Counted from the first letter of the stretch, positions 20,167-31,885 are shown. The stretch is DNA of 64,000 nt from an uncultured Flavobacteriaceae bacterium (GCA_963712085.1 CAVQGP010000001.1:683121-747120); one strand, 5' to 3'. Notes: generated by a model not told the origin, from the letters alone. Numbers and translations are program-made.

Positions 20167-23100
20167 ATGAAAGAAAAAGAAACTACAAAATCTAATTTTA
20201 CAGATTCTGAAAATGTTGCCAAAGAAGCTTTTAATCAAAAATATTTTAGTTTTTTTGAGCATGCTCCGGTTGCAATGTATATTGAAGATTTTTCAAAAGT
20301 AAAGGAATTTGTATTACAAAAAGCAAAAGAAAACAATACTACAATAGCACTATTTTTAAGGGATAATCAGGAAATTTTAGCAAATCTTCATTCATTGGTA
20401 ATTATAAATGAAGTGAACGCGACTGCTGTAAAATTATACAAGGCAACAAGTAAAAGTGAACTATTAGAAAACTTGGAAAAAGTTTTTACACCTGAATCAT
20501 CTATTGGATTTTCAAAATTGGTTGGCGATATATTGAGTGGCATTAAAGAAACTGCTATAGAAACTGTTAACAAAAATTTGAAAGGTGAGAAGATTTACGT
20601 TTCAATTAAATACAATGTTGAAGCAGGAAGTGAAGAAACGCTTAAAAATGTTATTGTAACTATTGAAGACATTACCGAAAGAGTAATTTCAGGTCAAAGT
20701 TTAAGTGTCACAAAGCAACTGTTGTCAAATACACTTTCAAGCATTCAGGATGGTTTTGTAATTTTAGATGAAAACTCTAATTATTTATTTGTTAATCATG
20801 TAGCTGCATCTTTATTAAGAAAAAATGACGATGAACTTATAGGGAAAAATATTTGGAATGAATTCCCCGAAAAAGAAGGAGATATATTTTATGATAAATA
20901 CCAAGAAGCATTAAAAACAAAAAAACCAATAAGTTTCGAAAATTATTTTGCTCCATGGAATCGCTGGTTTGAAAACAGAATTATTCCTTCAAATAATACA
21001 ATGCTGATATTTTTTCATGAAATTACTGAAAAAAAGGAAACTGAAAATAAAATTAAAGAGGCCTACAACATTATAAATAAAAGTTCGTCAGTCGCAATTT
21101 TATGTGAAAATAAATGGGATTTTCCAATTGTTTTTGCCTCTGAAAATAGCGAAAAACTTTTTGGCTATACAAGTGAAGAATTATTAAATGGCCAAATTAA
21201 GATTTACGAGCTGACACATCCAGAAGATTTGAAATTTATTAGCGATTATTTCTTCAATCTTTTAAAAAGTAACAATGAAATTGAATCAAAACCAAAAGCT
21301 TTCAGAATAATTACAAAAACAGGTGAAATTAAATGGATTGAAACAAGTATTGATATTATAAAAAACAGTAAAAATATTATCACACATGTTCAGGGAATTG
21401 CTGAAGATATTACAGAACGAAAAACTACTGAAGATTTGTTTTTTAAAAGTAATCAGCGGTTACAAGACCAGTTTAACAATACACCTTTGGCATCAATTAT
21501 TTGGGATTTAGACTTTAAAGTGTTGGAGTGGAATAATTCTGCTCAAAGAATATTTGGATATTCTTTGGAAGAAGCCAAAGGAAAACATGCAAAAGAATTA
21601 ATTGTTCCGCCTAATGTTGAGGTAATTATTGATGAGATTTGGCATAATTTATTAGCTCAAAAATCAGGAAATAGAAGTAAAAATGAGAACATTACCAAAA
21701 GTGGTAAAATGATAATTTGCGACTGGTACAACGTTACTTTAAAAGATGCTGATGGAAATGTGATAGGAGTTGCTTCTTTGGCCGATGATATAACTGATAG
21801 AAATAATTCGAAACTATTACTTGAAAAATCTGAAAAAAAATACCGAGATATTTTTGAAAAATCTATTGATCCTGTATTGATTATTAAAGATGGCTGTTTT
21901 GTTGATTGTAACAGATCAACATTAAAAATGTTTGGTTATGCTTCTAAAGATTTATTGGTAAATAATCATCCTTCAAACATATCTCCTGATTTTCAACCAG
22001 ATGGGACTGAATCATTTTTGAAAGCAGAACAAATGATGAAAATTGTAATGGTTGAAGGAAGCCACAGGTTTAGGTGGTGGCACAAGCATAAGGATGGACA
22101 CGTATTTCCTGCGGAAGTTACTTTGACTAAAATAGAGGAAGATGATAATAAATCAACGATTCATGCAGTTGTAAAAAACATTAGTGAAAGAGTAAAAAAG
22201 GAAGAAATTGAAAATATTGTATACAATATTTCAAAGGCTGCTTTAATAAGTGAAGATTTTAATGAATTTGGATATTTTATCAAAGATGAATTGCATAAAA
22301 TAATCAATACCAATAATTTTTATATTGCCTTATATAACGAAGAAAACAACACATTTTATACGCCTGTGGTTGTTGATGAAATGGATGATATAACTGAGTT
22401 TTCAGCTGAAAATACGTTAACAGGTTATGTGTTAAAAACAAAAAAACCACTTTTATTCACGAAAGATTCCCACCCTGAATTAAAGGAAAGTGAACAAATA
22501 AAGTTGATTGGAGTTGATTCAGAAATTTGGTTAGGTGTTCCATTAAAATCTCAAAACAAAGTTTTTGGTGTGATTGTGGTTCAAAGTTATACCAATAAAA
22601 AGGCGTATAATAAAAATGATGTTCAATTGCTACAGTTTGTTGCCGATCAAATAAGTAGTGCTATTTTACGAAAAAATATAGATGTTGAATTGAAAAAAGC
22701 ACTGGTTAAGGCGCAAGAATCTGATCGATTGAAATCGGCGTTTTTAGCAAATATGAGCCATGAAATTAGAACCCCAATGAATGGTATTATTGGGTTTTCA
22801 GAATTGTTTTTAAACCCAGATCTTTCTTATAGTGAAAGAAAAGAATATGCTAAAATTGTAATTAATAGCAGCAAACAATTATTGACTATTGTAAATGATA
22901 TTTTAGATATTTCAAAAATTGAAGCAGGCGTTGTTCAGTTAAATTATGAAAATGTTGCAATTAACGAAATGTTAAATGACCTATTGGTTTTTTACACGCC
23001 TATTGCAAATGAAAAAAGTTTAAAATTAACCTGTGTAAAAGGACTTGACAATGGCAATAGTATAATAAAAATAGACAAAACAAAATTAAATCAGGTACTT

Positions 23101-23826
23101 ACCAATTTGCTTTCTAACGCATTTAAATTTACGGATACGGGAGGTATTGAATTTGGGTATGAACTTATTGAGAATACACTCCGTTTTTATGTAAAAGATT
23201 CAGGACCAGGTATTGATGAAAAGTTACACAACAAAATATTTGATCGATTTATGCAGGCTGATGTTAATTTTGAAAAGCAAAATAAAGGAACCGGATTGGG
23301 CTTGGCAATTTCAAAAAAGTTTATTGAATTATTTCAAGGTGAAATTTGGCTAACATCTAACAATCTGGGAACTACAGTTTATTTTACAATTCCTTATGTT
23401 AAAGTGAATGCGCCAATAATAAATTCAGTAATAGAGAAAAAACCAGTAATAAAAGAGAAAAATAAAAATATTACAATTTTAGTTGCTGAAGATGAAGTTT
23501 ATAATTTGTTATATATCAATGAATTGTTTTCAAAAACAACTTATAAAATTATTGAGGCAAACAACGGTAAAGAAGCATTGGAGATGGTACAGTCAAATCC
23601 AGAAATTGATTTGGTTTTAATGGATATTAAAATGCCAGTAATGAACGGAAAAGAAGCAATGAAAGAAATAAAGAAATTTAGGCCCGATTTGCCAATAATA
23701 GCGCTTTCTGCTTTTGCAATGGAATCCGACAAAGAAATTGCATTATCAACAGGCTTTGATTCCTATTTATCGAAACCTCTTGATAAAAAGTTACTGTTTG
23801 ATTTAATATATAAATACACAAAATAA
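20167..23826 (+). CDS. Cytoplasmic hybrid histidine kinase (multi-PAS, GAF, HisKA, HATPase, REC)
   Basis: Repeated PAS-PAC ends (DITER), GAF WLGVPL, MSHEIRTPM, GTGLGL, receiver LMDIKMP..KP; no TM segment seen. Confidence 0.93.
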   Translation: MKEKETTKSNFTDSENVAKEAFNQKYFSFFEHAPVAMYIEDFSKVKEFVLQKAKENNTTIALFLRDNQEILANLHSLVIINEVNATAVKLYKATSKSELLENLEKVFTPESSIGFSKLVGDILSGIKETAIETVNKNLKGEKIYVSIKYNVEAGSEETLKNVIVTIEDITERVISGQSLSVTKQLLSNTLSSIQDGFVILDENSNYLFVNHVAASLLRKNDDELIGKNIWNEFPEKEGDIFYDKYQEALKTKKPISFENYFAPWNRWFENRIIPSNNTMLIFFHEITEKKETENKIKEAYNIINKSSSVAILCENKWDFPIVFASENSEKLFGYTSEELLNGQIKIYELTHPEDLKFISDYFFNLLKSNNEIESKPKAFRIITKTGEIKWIETSIDIIKNSKNIITHVQGIAEDITERKTTEDLFFKSNQRLQDQFNNTPLASIIWDLDFKVLEWNNSAQRIFGYSLEEAKGKHAKELIVPPNVEVIIDEIWHNLLAQKSGNRSKNENITKSGKMIICDWYNVTLKDADGNVIGVASLADDITDRNNSKLLLEKSEKKYRDIFEKSIDPVLIIKDGCFVDCNRSTLKMFGYASKDLLVNNHPSNISPDFQPDGTESFLKAEQMMKIVMVEGSHRFRWWHKHKDGHVFPAEVTLTKIEEDDNKSTIHAVVKNISERVKKEEIENIVYNISKAALISEDFNEFGYFIKDELHKIINTNNFYIALYNEENNTFYTPVVVDEMDDITEFSAENTLTGYVLKTKKPLLFTKDSHPELKESEQIKLIGVDSEIWLGVPLKSQNKVFGVIVVQSYTNKKAYNKNDVQLLQFVADQISSAILRKNIDVELKKALVKAQESDRLKSAFLANMSHEIRTPMNGIIGFSELFLNPDLSYSERKEYAKIVINSSKQLLTIVNDILDISKIEAGVVQLNYENVAINEMLNDLLVFYTPIANEKSLKLTCVKGLDNGNSIIKIDKTKLNQVLTNLLSNAFKFTDTGGIEFGYELIENTLRFYVKDSGPGIDEKLHNKIFDRFMQADVNFEKQNKGTGLGLAISKKFIELFQGEIWLTSNNLGTTVYFTIPYVKVNAPIINSVIEKKPVIKEKNKNITILVAEDEVYNLLYINELFSKTTYKIIEANNGKEALEMVQSNPEIDLVLMDIKMPVMNGKEAMKEIKKFRPDLPIIALSAFAMESDKEIALSTGFDSYLSKPLDKKLLFDLIYKYTK

Positions 23827-23865
23827 AATCCGTTCTAAAGCTATTTTACTAAAAGATTAAGTTGA

Positions 23866-24435
23866 ATGAATCAAGAAAAAAAGCATACTTTAAATCCTGA
23901 TAAGTGGGTAAGCCAACATGCTGATTATTTATATAATTATACAATTAGTAGAATTAATGATCACGATTTGGCTAAGGATTTAGTGCAGGAAACTTTTTTT
24001 GCCGGATTGAAAGCTATGGAAAATTTTCAGGGATTGGCCAGTGAAAGAACTTGGTTAATTGCTATTTTAAAACGAAAAATTATTGATTACTACCGGAAAA
24101 TAAATTCAACAAAAGGAAAAGCCGAAGTTAGAATGAATTTTTATGAAGATGGAGAAAGAGAAGGGGAATGGATTGAAGAGCGAGTTCCTACAGATTGGAA
24201 TAATGAAACAGATAAAAACCTTGAAAGCGAAGAACTAAATATTGTTTTAGAAAAATGTATCGATAATTTACCTGAAAAATATGCTATTGTATTTAGAATG
24301 AAAACCATACAGGAGTTTGATACAGAAGAAATTTGTAAGGAACTAGACATTACCTCGTCAAATTTATGGGTAATGATTCATAGAGCCAGAACTCAATTAA
24401 GAAGGTGTATGGAAGATAATTGGTTTAAAAATTAA
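23866..24435 (+). CDS. ECF sigma-70 factor
   Basis: DLVQETF, TWLIAILKRKIID; region 4 EEICKELDIT..IHRAR. Confidence 0.92.
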   Translation: MNQEKKHTLNPDKWVSQHADYLYNYTISRINDHDLAKDLVQETFFAGLKAMENFQGLASERTWLIAILKRKIIDYYRKINSTKGKAEVRMNFYEDGEREGEWIEERVPTDWNNETDKNLESEELNIVLEKCIDNLPEKYAIVFRMKTIQEFDTEEICKELDITSSNLWVMIHRARTQLRRCMEDNWFKN

Positions 24436-24696
24436 ATGAATTTTGTGATGAAATTAAGTTGTGATGAAGCCACTGCTATTTGCGATAAAAGCCAATATGG
24501 AGCGTCCTCTTTTTTGGAAAAGGTAAAATTAAATATACATATTTTATTGTGTAAAAAATGCGGCATGTATTCAAAACAAAATGGCATTATGTCTAAATGC
24601 TACAAAAATCAGAAAATTTTTGAAGGGCAAAAAAAATGCTGCTTAACAAGCGATGAAAAAAATTGTATGGATCAAAAAATAAAAGAACAACTATAA
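24436..24696 (+). CDS. Soluble zinc-binding (ZAS) anti-sigma factor
   Basis: N-terminal C plus HILLCKKC (Hx3Cx2C); ATG directly follows the sigma stop codon; no TM helix. Confidence 0.8.
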   Translation: MNFVMKLSCDEATAICDKSQYGASSFLEKVKLNIHILLCKKCGMYSKQNGIMSKCYKNQKIFEGQKKCCLTSDEKNCMDQKIKEQL

Positions 24697-24754
24697 TTTT
24701 ATTTTCTTTAGTCAATAATTATCTTCAAATTTTTACTTTTACACCAAAAAATAA

Positions 24755-25396
24755 ATGTCATTTATACCTGAAAATATTGATCAATATGTTGTAAAACATT
24801 CACAACAGGAACCACCACTTTTACAACAATTAAACAAAGAAACTTGGCAAAAAGTTTTAAACCCTCGGATGCTAAGTGGTGCTTTTCAAGGGCGAATTTT
24901 ATCGATGATTTCAAAGTTAATTCAGCCAAAAAATATATTAGAAATAGGTACTTATACAGGGTATTCGGCTTTGTGCTTGGCTGAAGGGATGCAAAAATCT
25001 GGGTTGCTTTTAACCATAGATAAAAATGAAGAGTTGGAAAGTTTTTCAAGGAAATATTTTGATAAATCAGATTATAAAGATCAAATAAAACAATTGGTTG
25101 GCAATGCTATGGAAATTATACCAACCATTAATATGAAATTCGATTTGGTTTTTATTGATGCTGATAAATCCAATTATGTAAACTATTTTAATTTAATTAT
25201 TGATAAAATGAATAGTGGTGGTGTTATTTTATCTGATAATGTTTTATGGAGTGGAAAAATAGTGGAGAAACTTGATCCTAAGGATTTGGATACCAAAGCG
25301 CTGTTAGTTTATAACAAATTGTTGAATAATGATGATAGAATTGAAACAGTGCTACTACCTATTAGAGATGGATTAACCATAAGCCGAGTAAAATAA
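24755..25396 (+). CDS. O-methyltransferase (CCoAOMT/COMT family)
   Basis: LEIGTYTGYS, FIDADK, DNVLWSG, RDGL. Confidence 0.92.
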   Translation: MSFIPENIDQYVVKHSQQEPPLLQQLNKETWQKVLNPRMLSGAFQGRILSMISKLIQPKNILEIGTYTGYSALCLAEGMQKSGLLLTIDKNEELESFSRKYFDKSDYKDQIKQLVGNAMEIIPTINMKFDLVFIDADKSNYVNYFNLIIDKMNSGGVILSDNVLWSGKIVEKLDPKDLDTKALLVYNKLLNNDDRIETVLLPIRDGLTISRVK

Positions 25397-25398
25397 AC

Positions 25399-25959
25399 TT
25401 ACTTTTTAAATATAGAAAGTAGCATTATTTTATAAAATCCAATGGCTATTAAAAAACCTAAAACCATACCTGCTAAAATATCTACAGGGAAATGAGCCGC
25501 TAAATAAATTCGGCTATAAGCAAATAATATTGGAAATAAAAAGATTAAAAAAGCATATTTGTACTTGCTTTTTAAAATCCAATATGATAAAAAAGCAATT
25601 GTAAAAGAAACAGTTGAATGCCCTGAAACAAAGCTAAAATCATTATATTCTACAATAATTCTAATTGATTTGTTAATGGAAATATCATTAATAGGTCTTA
25701 ACCTTTGGATGTAATTTTTAATAAGATTAACAACTGTTAATGCAGTAAGGGCACTAGTTGCTGTTAAAATAGCAACAAAAAAAGCCTTTTTAAATCCAAA
25801 AGCTTTAAACCCCAAAATAAATAGTAAAAAAAACAGCGGAATCCAATGTAGTGGGTTTGTGATAAAAAGCCATAGATTATCCCAAAAAACAGATCCTTGT
25901 GAATGCAAAAAAAGTAATAGTTGTTTGTCGTAATCAATAAGTATATTGAGTAAATCCAA
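25399..25959 (-). CDS. PAP2 family phosphatase
   Basis: K..RLRP, SFVSGH, SRIYLAAHFPVD. Confidence 0.9.
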   Translation of the reverse strand: MDLLNILIDYDKQLLLFLHSQGSVFWDNLWLFITNPLHWIPLFFLLFILGFKAFGFKKAFFVAILTATSALTALTVVNLIKNYIQRLRPINDISINKSIRIIVEYNDFSFVSGHSTVSFTIAFLSYWILKSKYKYAFLIFLFPILFAYSRIYLAAHFPVDILAGMVLGFLIAIGFYKIMLLSIFKK

Positions 25960-25961
25960 AA

Positions 25962-26279
25962 TTATTTGGTTCTTTTTACAGGACCGGTAATATCATCAAT
26001 TATAGTATCCTTCACTTTTTTAACAGGATTTGTAATATCCTCAAAATTATCGGTCACTTTATTAACTTCATTTCTAACTTTAGCCGCAATATCAATATCT
26101 ATATCGTGTTTTTCTGCACTATTTCTAATTTCACGCTTAATATCGTTGGTGGCATCTTTAATTTGGCGCATACCTTTACCTAATCCGCGTGCTATTTCAG
26201 GAAGTTTATCTGCACCAAATAACATTACAGTTATTAGTAGAATTACAAAAATTTCGGCACCGCTAATAAATAGATACAT
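25962..26279 (-). CDS. TatA/TatB-family translocase subunit
   Basis: SGAEI..MLFGADKLPEIARGLGKGMRQIK. Start set at ATG 26279. Confidence 0.88.
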   Translation of the reverse strand: MYLFISGAEIFVILLITVMLFGADKLPEIARGLGKGMRQIKDATNDIKREIRNSAEKHDIDIDIAAKVRNEVNKVTDNFEDITNPVKKVKDTIIDDITGPVKRTK

Positions 26280-26409
26280 AAAAAAGATTGTTTTAGGTAA
26301 CAAAGATACTTAAAAACATAAATTCAAAAGAATTAGACCTAAATATTTTCAAAATTTAGTATTTAAAGAAGTTTTAAAAGGTTGTTTTTAAGTGTTATTT
26401 TAAACAATA

Positions 26410-28239
26410 TTACTCAATACTTTCTTTAATTAAAGCGTCTATATTATCTTCCGAGCTATTAATTGAAATGATGTTACCATTTTTGTCAATTACTATTTTT
26501 GTAGGAATTCCTTGAACTTTATATTTTGTTATTATTTCATCATCAAAATCAAATAATACGTTAAAAGTATAGTTATTTTCTTTTATGAATTTTGATACGT
26601 TTTCTAAAACTAATGGATCCTCTTCTCTTTCCCAAGTATTGATAAAAAAGAACTCAACATCGTCATTTTTATATTTAGTTACTAATTTTTGCATATTTGG
26701 AAATGATGAACGACAAGGTCCACACCAGGTTGCCCAAAAATCTAAGATGATTAATTTCCCTTTATAATCTGATAGTTTAACCTTTTTACCTTTTAAATTT
26801 AGCAACTCAAAGTCTATTGCTTTTGTGGCTCCAAGCATTTCAGTAATCTCTTCTTGAGATTTTTGCATAGCTAATTGTAATGATTGATTTTTAATATTTT
26901 CAAACTCACTTATTGGAAGATTTAGTGTTTTGTAAATCTCTTCAAGTTGATTAATCATTATTTTTGAATCCACCCCGGCTAACATTTGTGGTTCTATATA
27001 ATTTTTTGCAAATTCTGGGCCTTTGGCTTTTTCAGCAATTGCTGCGTATCTTTCTTTTCCACCAGTATCTAATCCTCCATTTTTTTCAACAACGTCTTGA
27101 TAGTTAAAGGCTAAATCGAATTTTTTTTGTTTATAAAGTATTAAAGCATAGGTGTCTGCAAACATATTGTGTGTTCCTTGCAACAATGCTGAACCATTTT
27201 TTTCCATCGCTTTTTCCACAATATCCAAAGATTTTTTTGAAACAATTGCGGCAAAATCTAGACTAGTTCCTGAACTGGTTAGATCTTGACCACTTAAACC
27301 CCAAGCGTAATTGTTATAAAAAGAAGCCGCCATTAAATTGTCTGACAATAAATTTTCATACTTCTCAATTTTTGGCACGTCCTCATTTTCTAAGTAAACT
27401 TTAATAAGCATCATATAAAAAGCATCATTTGATTGGGGAGTTGTATTATCAAATTTTTCGTTGAATTCTTTCTGAACAGCTAAAATATAGGCCTCCGTTT
27501 TTGGTTCTGTTTTGTAGAATTTACTCATAAATTTTTGCTGAGCCATCTCACCTTTTGGAAATTTTAAAGTAGCTAATGCACTTATTTTATCACTTTCTGG
27601 CTGCATTTGCATCATAGCATAAAAAGTAGATGCCATAACTAAATCTATTTCCTTATCACTTCTCGACAATTTTTCAGCTTGTAATACTAATTCAGGTTTT
27701 GTTTCAAAAGGAAATTTTTGATATTTTATAAATAGATAGTTTATATAAGTTTCTCCTTGCTTCAAACTTTCATCTTTGGCATAAATTTCATCAAATTTCT
27801 CAATCATATTTTCTGTATTTATATTGAGATTTAAAAAATAATTAGCCATTTGGCATGAACTAAGGTAATATAATTGGGCTTCCAGTTTTTCTTTTTCAGT
27901 AGTTGATTTCATATAAACTACAAATCCCTGTTCAGCATTATTGTCTATAATTTTGTTTCCACCATTTGAAATAGTGATAAACAAAACATTTATTTTTTCA
28001 GGTATTTCTAATGTGAAATGAAACTTATTTATATGTTTTGTTAGTGGAATTGAAGTGGTCTTTCTATCAATTAATATATTCGCAACAATATTTTCTGGAA
28101 CTTCAATTTTTTCAGAAGGTTCGTAAATGAATGTGTTTTCAACTCCAATAATTAGGTTGTCTTTCGGATAAATTTTTCCACTTTGAGAAAAAATAATATT
28201 AACAGTAAGTAAGATTAGTAGGGTGCTTAAATTTTTCAT
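26410..28239 (-). CDS. Exported TlpA-family thiol-disulfide oxidoreductase with a long helical N-terminal region
   Basis: Signal peptide; C-terminal LDFWATWCGPC and GIPT cis-Pro loop. Confidence 0.88.
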   Translation of the reverse strand: MKNLSTLLILLTVNIIFSQSGKIYPKDNLIIGVENTFIYEPSEKIEVPENIVANILIDRKTTSIPLTKHINKFHFTLEIPEKINVLFITISNGGNKIIDNNAEQGFVVYMKSTTEKEKLEAQLYYLSSCQMANYFLNLNINTENMIEKFDEIYAKDESLKQGETYINYLFIKYQKFPFETKPELVLQAEKLSRSDKEIDLVMASTFYAMMQMQPESDKISALATLKFPKGEMAQQKFMSKFYKTEPKTEAYILAVQKEFNEKFDNTTPQSNDAFYMMLIKVYLENEDVPKIEKYENLLSDNLMAASFYNNYAWGLSGQDLTSSGTSLDFAAIVSKKSLDIVEKAMEKNGSALLQGTHNMFADTYALILYKQKKFDLAFNYQDVVEKNGGLDTGGKERYAAIAEKAKGPEFAKNYIEPQMLAGVDSKIMINQLEEIYKTLNLPISEFENIKNQSLQLAMQKSQEEITEMLGATKAIDFELLNLKGKKVKLSDYKGKLIILDFWATWCGPCRSSFPNMQKLVTKYKNDDVEFFFINTWEREEDPLVLENVSKFIKENNYTFNVLFDFDDEIITKYKVQGIPTKIVIDKNGNIISINSSEDNIDALIKESIE

Positions 28240-28631
28240 GAAGCTTGATTTAATTGGTTATTTATATTGATTTTCAACTTGAAAATATTTCCAATAAGAC
28301 TATAAGTTTAAACTGAATCTTGGTTTTCATTACATTCGTAGGTTGGTTAATCGAAGCTAGCTAAATAATTAATACAAATTAGTCTTATAACTATTATTTG
28401 GCGATTTTTTAACGGTTCATCTAAATAAAATGTTAATTAGTGAATAAGAATATAAAAAATATGAAAGGCTAAATTGTTAATTTTGCTTGTCTGTCGTACA
28501 TTACAATACTTCATGCTACAGAAACATTCAAACTTAATATAGAGTTAAAATTTACTAAAAAATGTGATTTTTAATTGGCTGCTTTGAGAAAATCAGTTAG
28601 CAAATAAATGTCAAAAAAGTCCGGTTCCAAA

Positions 28632-31246
28632 TTATTTACCATTTTTCTTAGTAAGCATTCGTTTAATTTCATTCAATTTCATTAAGGCTTCAACAGGGGT
28701 GAGAGTATCAATATTGGTCGATAAAATTTCTTCTTTGATATCTTCTAACAATGGGTCGTCTAGCTTAAAAAAGCTCAATTGCATTTCTTCCTCCTGTGCA
28801 TTTTTTAAAGTTTCTTTTACATCGGTATTGGTGTGGTTTTTTTCTAATTGTTTCAGCATTTTTGTTGCCCGGTGAATTACTGAAGAAGGCATTCCGGCCA
28901 ATTTTGCAACATGAATACCAAAACTGTGTTCACTACCTCCTGCAACCAATTTTCGCAAAAAAATCACTTTGTCTTTTAACTCTTTAACTGAAACATTGAA
29001 ATTTTTAATACGATCAAAAGTATTGGTCATATCATTTAATTCGTGATAATGTGTAGCAAATAACGTTTTAGCTTTTGAAGGATGTTCGTGTAAATATTCG
29101 GCTATTGCCCAAGCAATAGAAATCCCGTCATAGGTACTTGTACCACGTCCAATTTCATCTAGTAATACCAAACTTCGTTCTGAAATATTATTTAAAATAC
29201 ACGCCGTTTCATTCATTTCCACCATAAAGGTAGATTCGCCCATTGAGATGTTATCACTTGCGCCAACACGCGTAAATATTTTATCTACAATGCCTATGCG
29301 AGCATTTTGAGCTGGCACAAAACTTCCCATTTGTGCCAATAAAACAATCAATGCAGTTTGTCGTAAAATAGCTGATTTACCAGACATATTTGGGCCGGTA
29401 ATCATAATTATTTGCTGCTGATCACTGTTTAAAACCACATCGTTAGCAATGTATTCTTCACCAATTGGTAATTGTTTTTCAATAACGGGATGACGTCCAT
29501 TTTTAATTTCTAAATCGGTGCTTTCATCCAATTGCGGACGCACATAATTGTTTTGTTTGGCAATTTCAGCAAAGGAACACAAACAATCTAATTGACCAAT
29601 TAAATGTGCATTTTTTTGAATTGGTTGAATATAATCTAACAAACTGCTAATTAAATCGGCAAACAGTTCATGCTCTAATTTGTTTATTTTTTCTTCGGCA
29701 CCTAAAATTTTGGTTTCGTATTCTTTTAATTCTTCGGTGATATAACGCTCAGCATTTACAAGAGTTTGCTTTCGAATCCAATCGGTTGGAACTTTATCTT
29801 TATGTGTATTTCGCACTTCAATATAATAGCCAAAAACATTGTTGAAGGCAATTTTTAGGGAAGTGATACCAGAACGTTCAATTTCACGAGCCAACATTGC
29901 ATCTAAATAATCTTTTCCTTTCGTAGAAATAGCTCTTAAATCGTCCAGTTCTGTAGAAACACTTTCGGCAATTGAATTTCCTTTTTTAATATTTACAGGT
30001 GCATCTTCGTTTAAAGTTTTGGTAATTTTTTCTCGAAGGACATTACAACTTTGTAGCTGCTCACCAATAATTTTTAAACTTTCGTTATCGCTTTTTTCTG
30101 CAGCTTCTTTAATTGGAATAATGGCGTTTAACGAATTTTTAAGCAATACTACTTCACGCGGATTTACCTTACCTGTTGCTACTTTTGAAATCAAACGTTC
30201 AATATCACCTATTTGTTTAATGTGATACTGGTGAGCTCAAAAAAGTCGTCATTGTCAATTAAATATTTAACCATATCATGGCGTTTTTTAATGCGGTTGA
30301 TATCTTTTAAAGGCAATGCCAACCAACGTTTTAACAAACGCCCACCCATTGGCGAAATGGTTTTATCAATCACATCTAAAAGTGTCACAGCATTTACTGA
30401 AGTCGAATGATACAATTCTAAATTGCGAATGGTAAAACGATCCATCCATACATAATTATCTTCTGCAATTCGGTTAATAACCTGAATGTGCTCCAGTTTA
30501 TTGTGTTGTGTTTCGGATAAATAATACAAAATAGCGCCGGATGCAATGATTCCTTCGTTCAATTCATCAATCCCAAAACCTTTTAATGTTTTTACTTTGA
30601 AATGATTGGTTAAGGTTTCATTGGCATATTCAGGCTGAAAAATCCAATCTTCCAGATAAAATGTATAAAAATGATCTCCAAATAACTCGCTAAACTTATT
30701 TTTGAATTGTTTTTGAACCAAAACTTCACTTGGATTAAAATTTTGCAATAATTTATCAATGTATTCACCATTGCCTTGTGCAGTTAAAAACTCACCAGTA
30801 GAAACATCTAAAAATGAAATTCCAAGGTGTTTTTTTCCAAAATGAATGGCGGCTAAAAAATTATTGGTTTTGGATTGTAAAACTTCATCATTTAAAGCAA
30901 CTCCAGGAGTTACCAATTCGGTAACACCACGTTTTACAATGGTTTTGGTCATTTTTGGATCTTCTAGCTGGTCGCAAATAGCAACTCGCATTCCAGCTTT
31001 TACTAATTTGGGCAAATAGGTATTTAAGGAATGATGAGGAAAACCTGCCAATGCAGTTTCGGTTTCACTACCAGCACCGCGTTTGGTTAAAATAATGCCT
31101 AAAACTTTGGAAGCTCTTTTGGCATCTTCGCCAAAGGTTTCGTAAAAATCGCCCACTCGAAATAACAACATGGCATCAGGATATTTCACCTTAATAGCAT
31201 TGTATTGTTTCATTAAAGGAGTGACTTTCTCGGTTTTTGCTGCCAA
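28632..31246 (-). pseudogene. mutS: DNA mismatch repair protein MutS with one frameshift near 30230
   Basis: TPLMKQY and GDFYETF in ORF 30209..31246; [23 protein letters not shown] in ORF 28632..30194. One extra C (ACC-CAG) restores [16 protein letters not shown]. Confidence 0.9.
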
Positions 31247-31289
31247 TTTTATAGGAAATTAAGTTAGTTTTGCGAAGTTACATTTTTAA

Positions 31290-31321
31290 TTAGGATTTAC
31301 GAATTTCGATTTGCGAATTTT
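31290..31321 (+). repeat. Degenerate 7/14-bp tandem repeat
   Basis: GATTTACGAATTTC-GATTTGCGAATTT; its reverse complement resembles 34632..34660. Confidence 0.5.
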
Positions 31322-31355
31322 CAGCAGAAGTAGCACTTCACAATTAAATAACAAC

Positions 31356-31885
31356 ATGAGAAAACTAAAAAATAGCGAATTGGACAGATTAAGTGTTGAA
31401 GAATTTAAGGAAATAACTAAAATTCCGTTAATAGTAGTTTTGGATAATATTAGAAGTTTAAACAATATTGGTTCGGTTTTTAGAACAAGTGATGCTTTTT
31501 TAATTGAAAAAATATATTTGTGTGGCATTACAGCCCACCACCACATAAAGACATTCATAAAACTGCTTTGGGAGCAACCGAATCGGTTGATTGGGAATAT
31601 GTTGAAGATACACTTCAATTAGTTGAAAGGTTAAAAGGCGAAAAGGTGAAAATATTGTCGATTGAACAAGCTGCGAACAGTACCATGCTACAAGATTTTA
31701 ATATAGAAGCCAATCAAAAATATGCGGTTGTTTTTGGGAATGAAGTAAAAGGGGTGCAGCAAAAAGTGGTTTCGGCAAGTGATTATTGTATTGAAATTCC
31801 ACAATTTGGCACCAAACATTCGTTGAATATTTCGGTAAGTGTTGGCGTTGTACTTTGGGATTTGTTTAAGCAGTTTAGGTATTAG
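31356..31885 (+). pseudogene. TrmH/SpoU RNA methyltransferase with one frameshift near 31538
   Basis: LDNIRSLNNIGSVFRT in one frame; PPHKDIHKTALGA, FGNEVKG, HSLNISV in another. Confidence 0.88.

Noticed and set aside
28274-28330. 18-aa minus-strand ORF MKTKIQFKLIVLLEIFSS upstream of tlpA
   Set aside because: No matching promoter seen, it overlaps the putative promoter motif, and the length is expected by chance.
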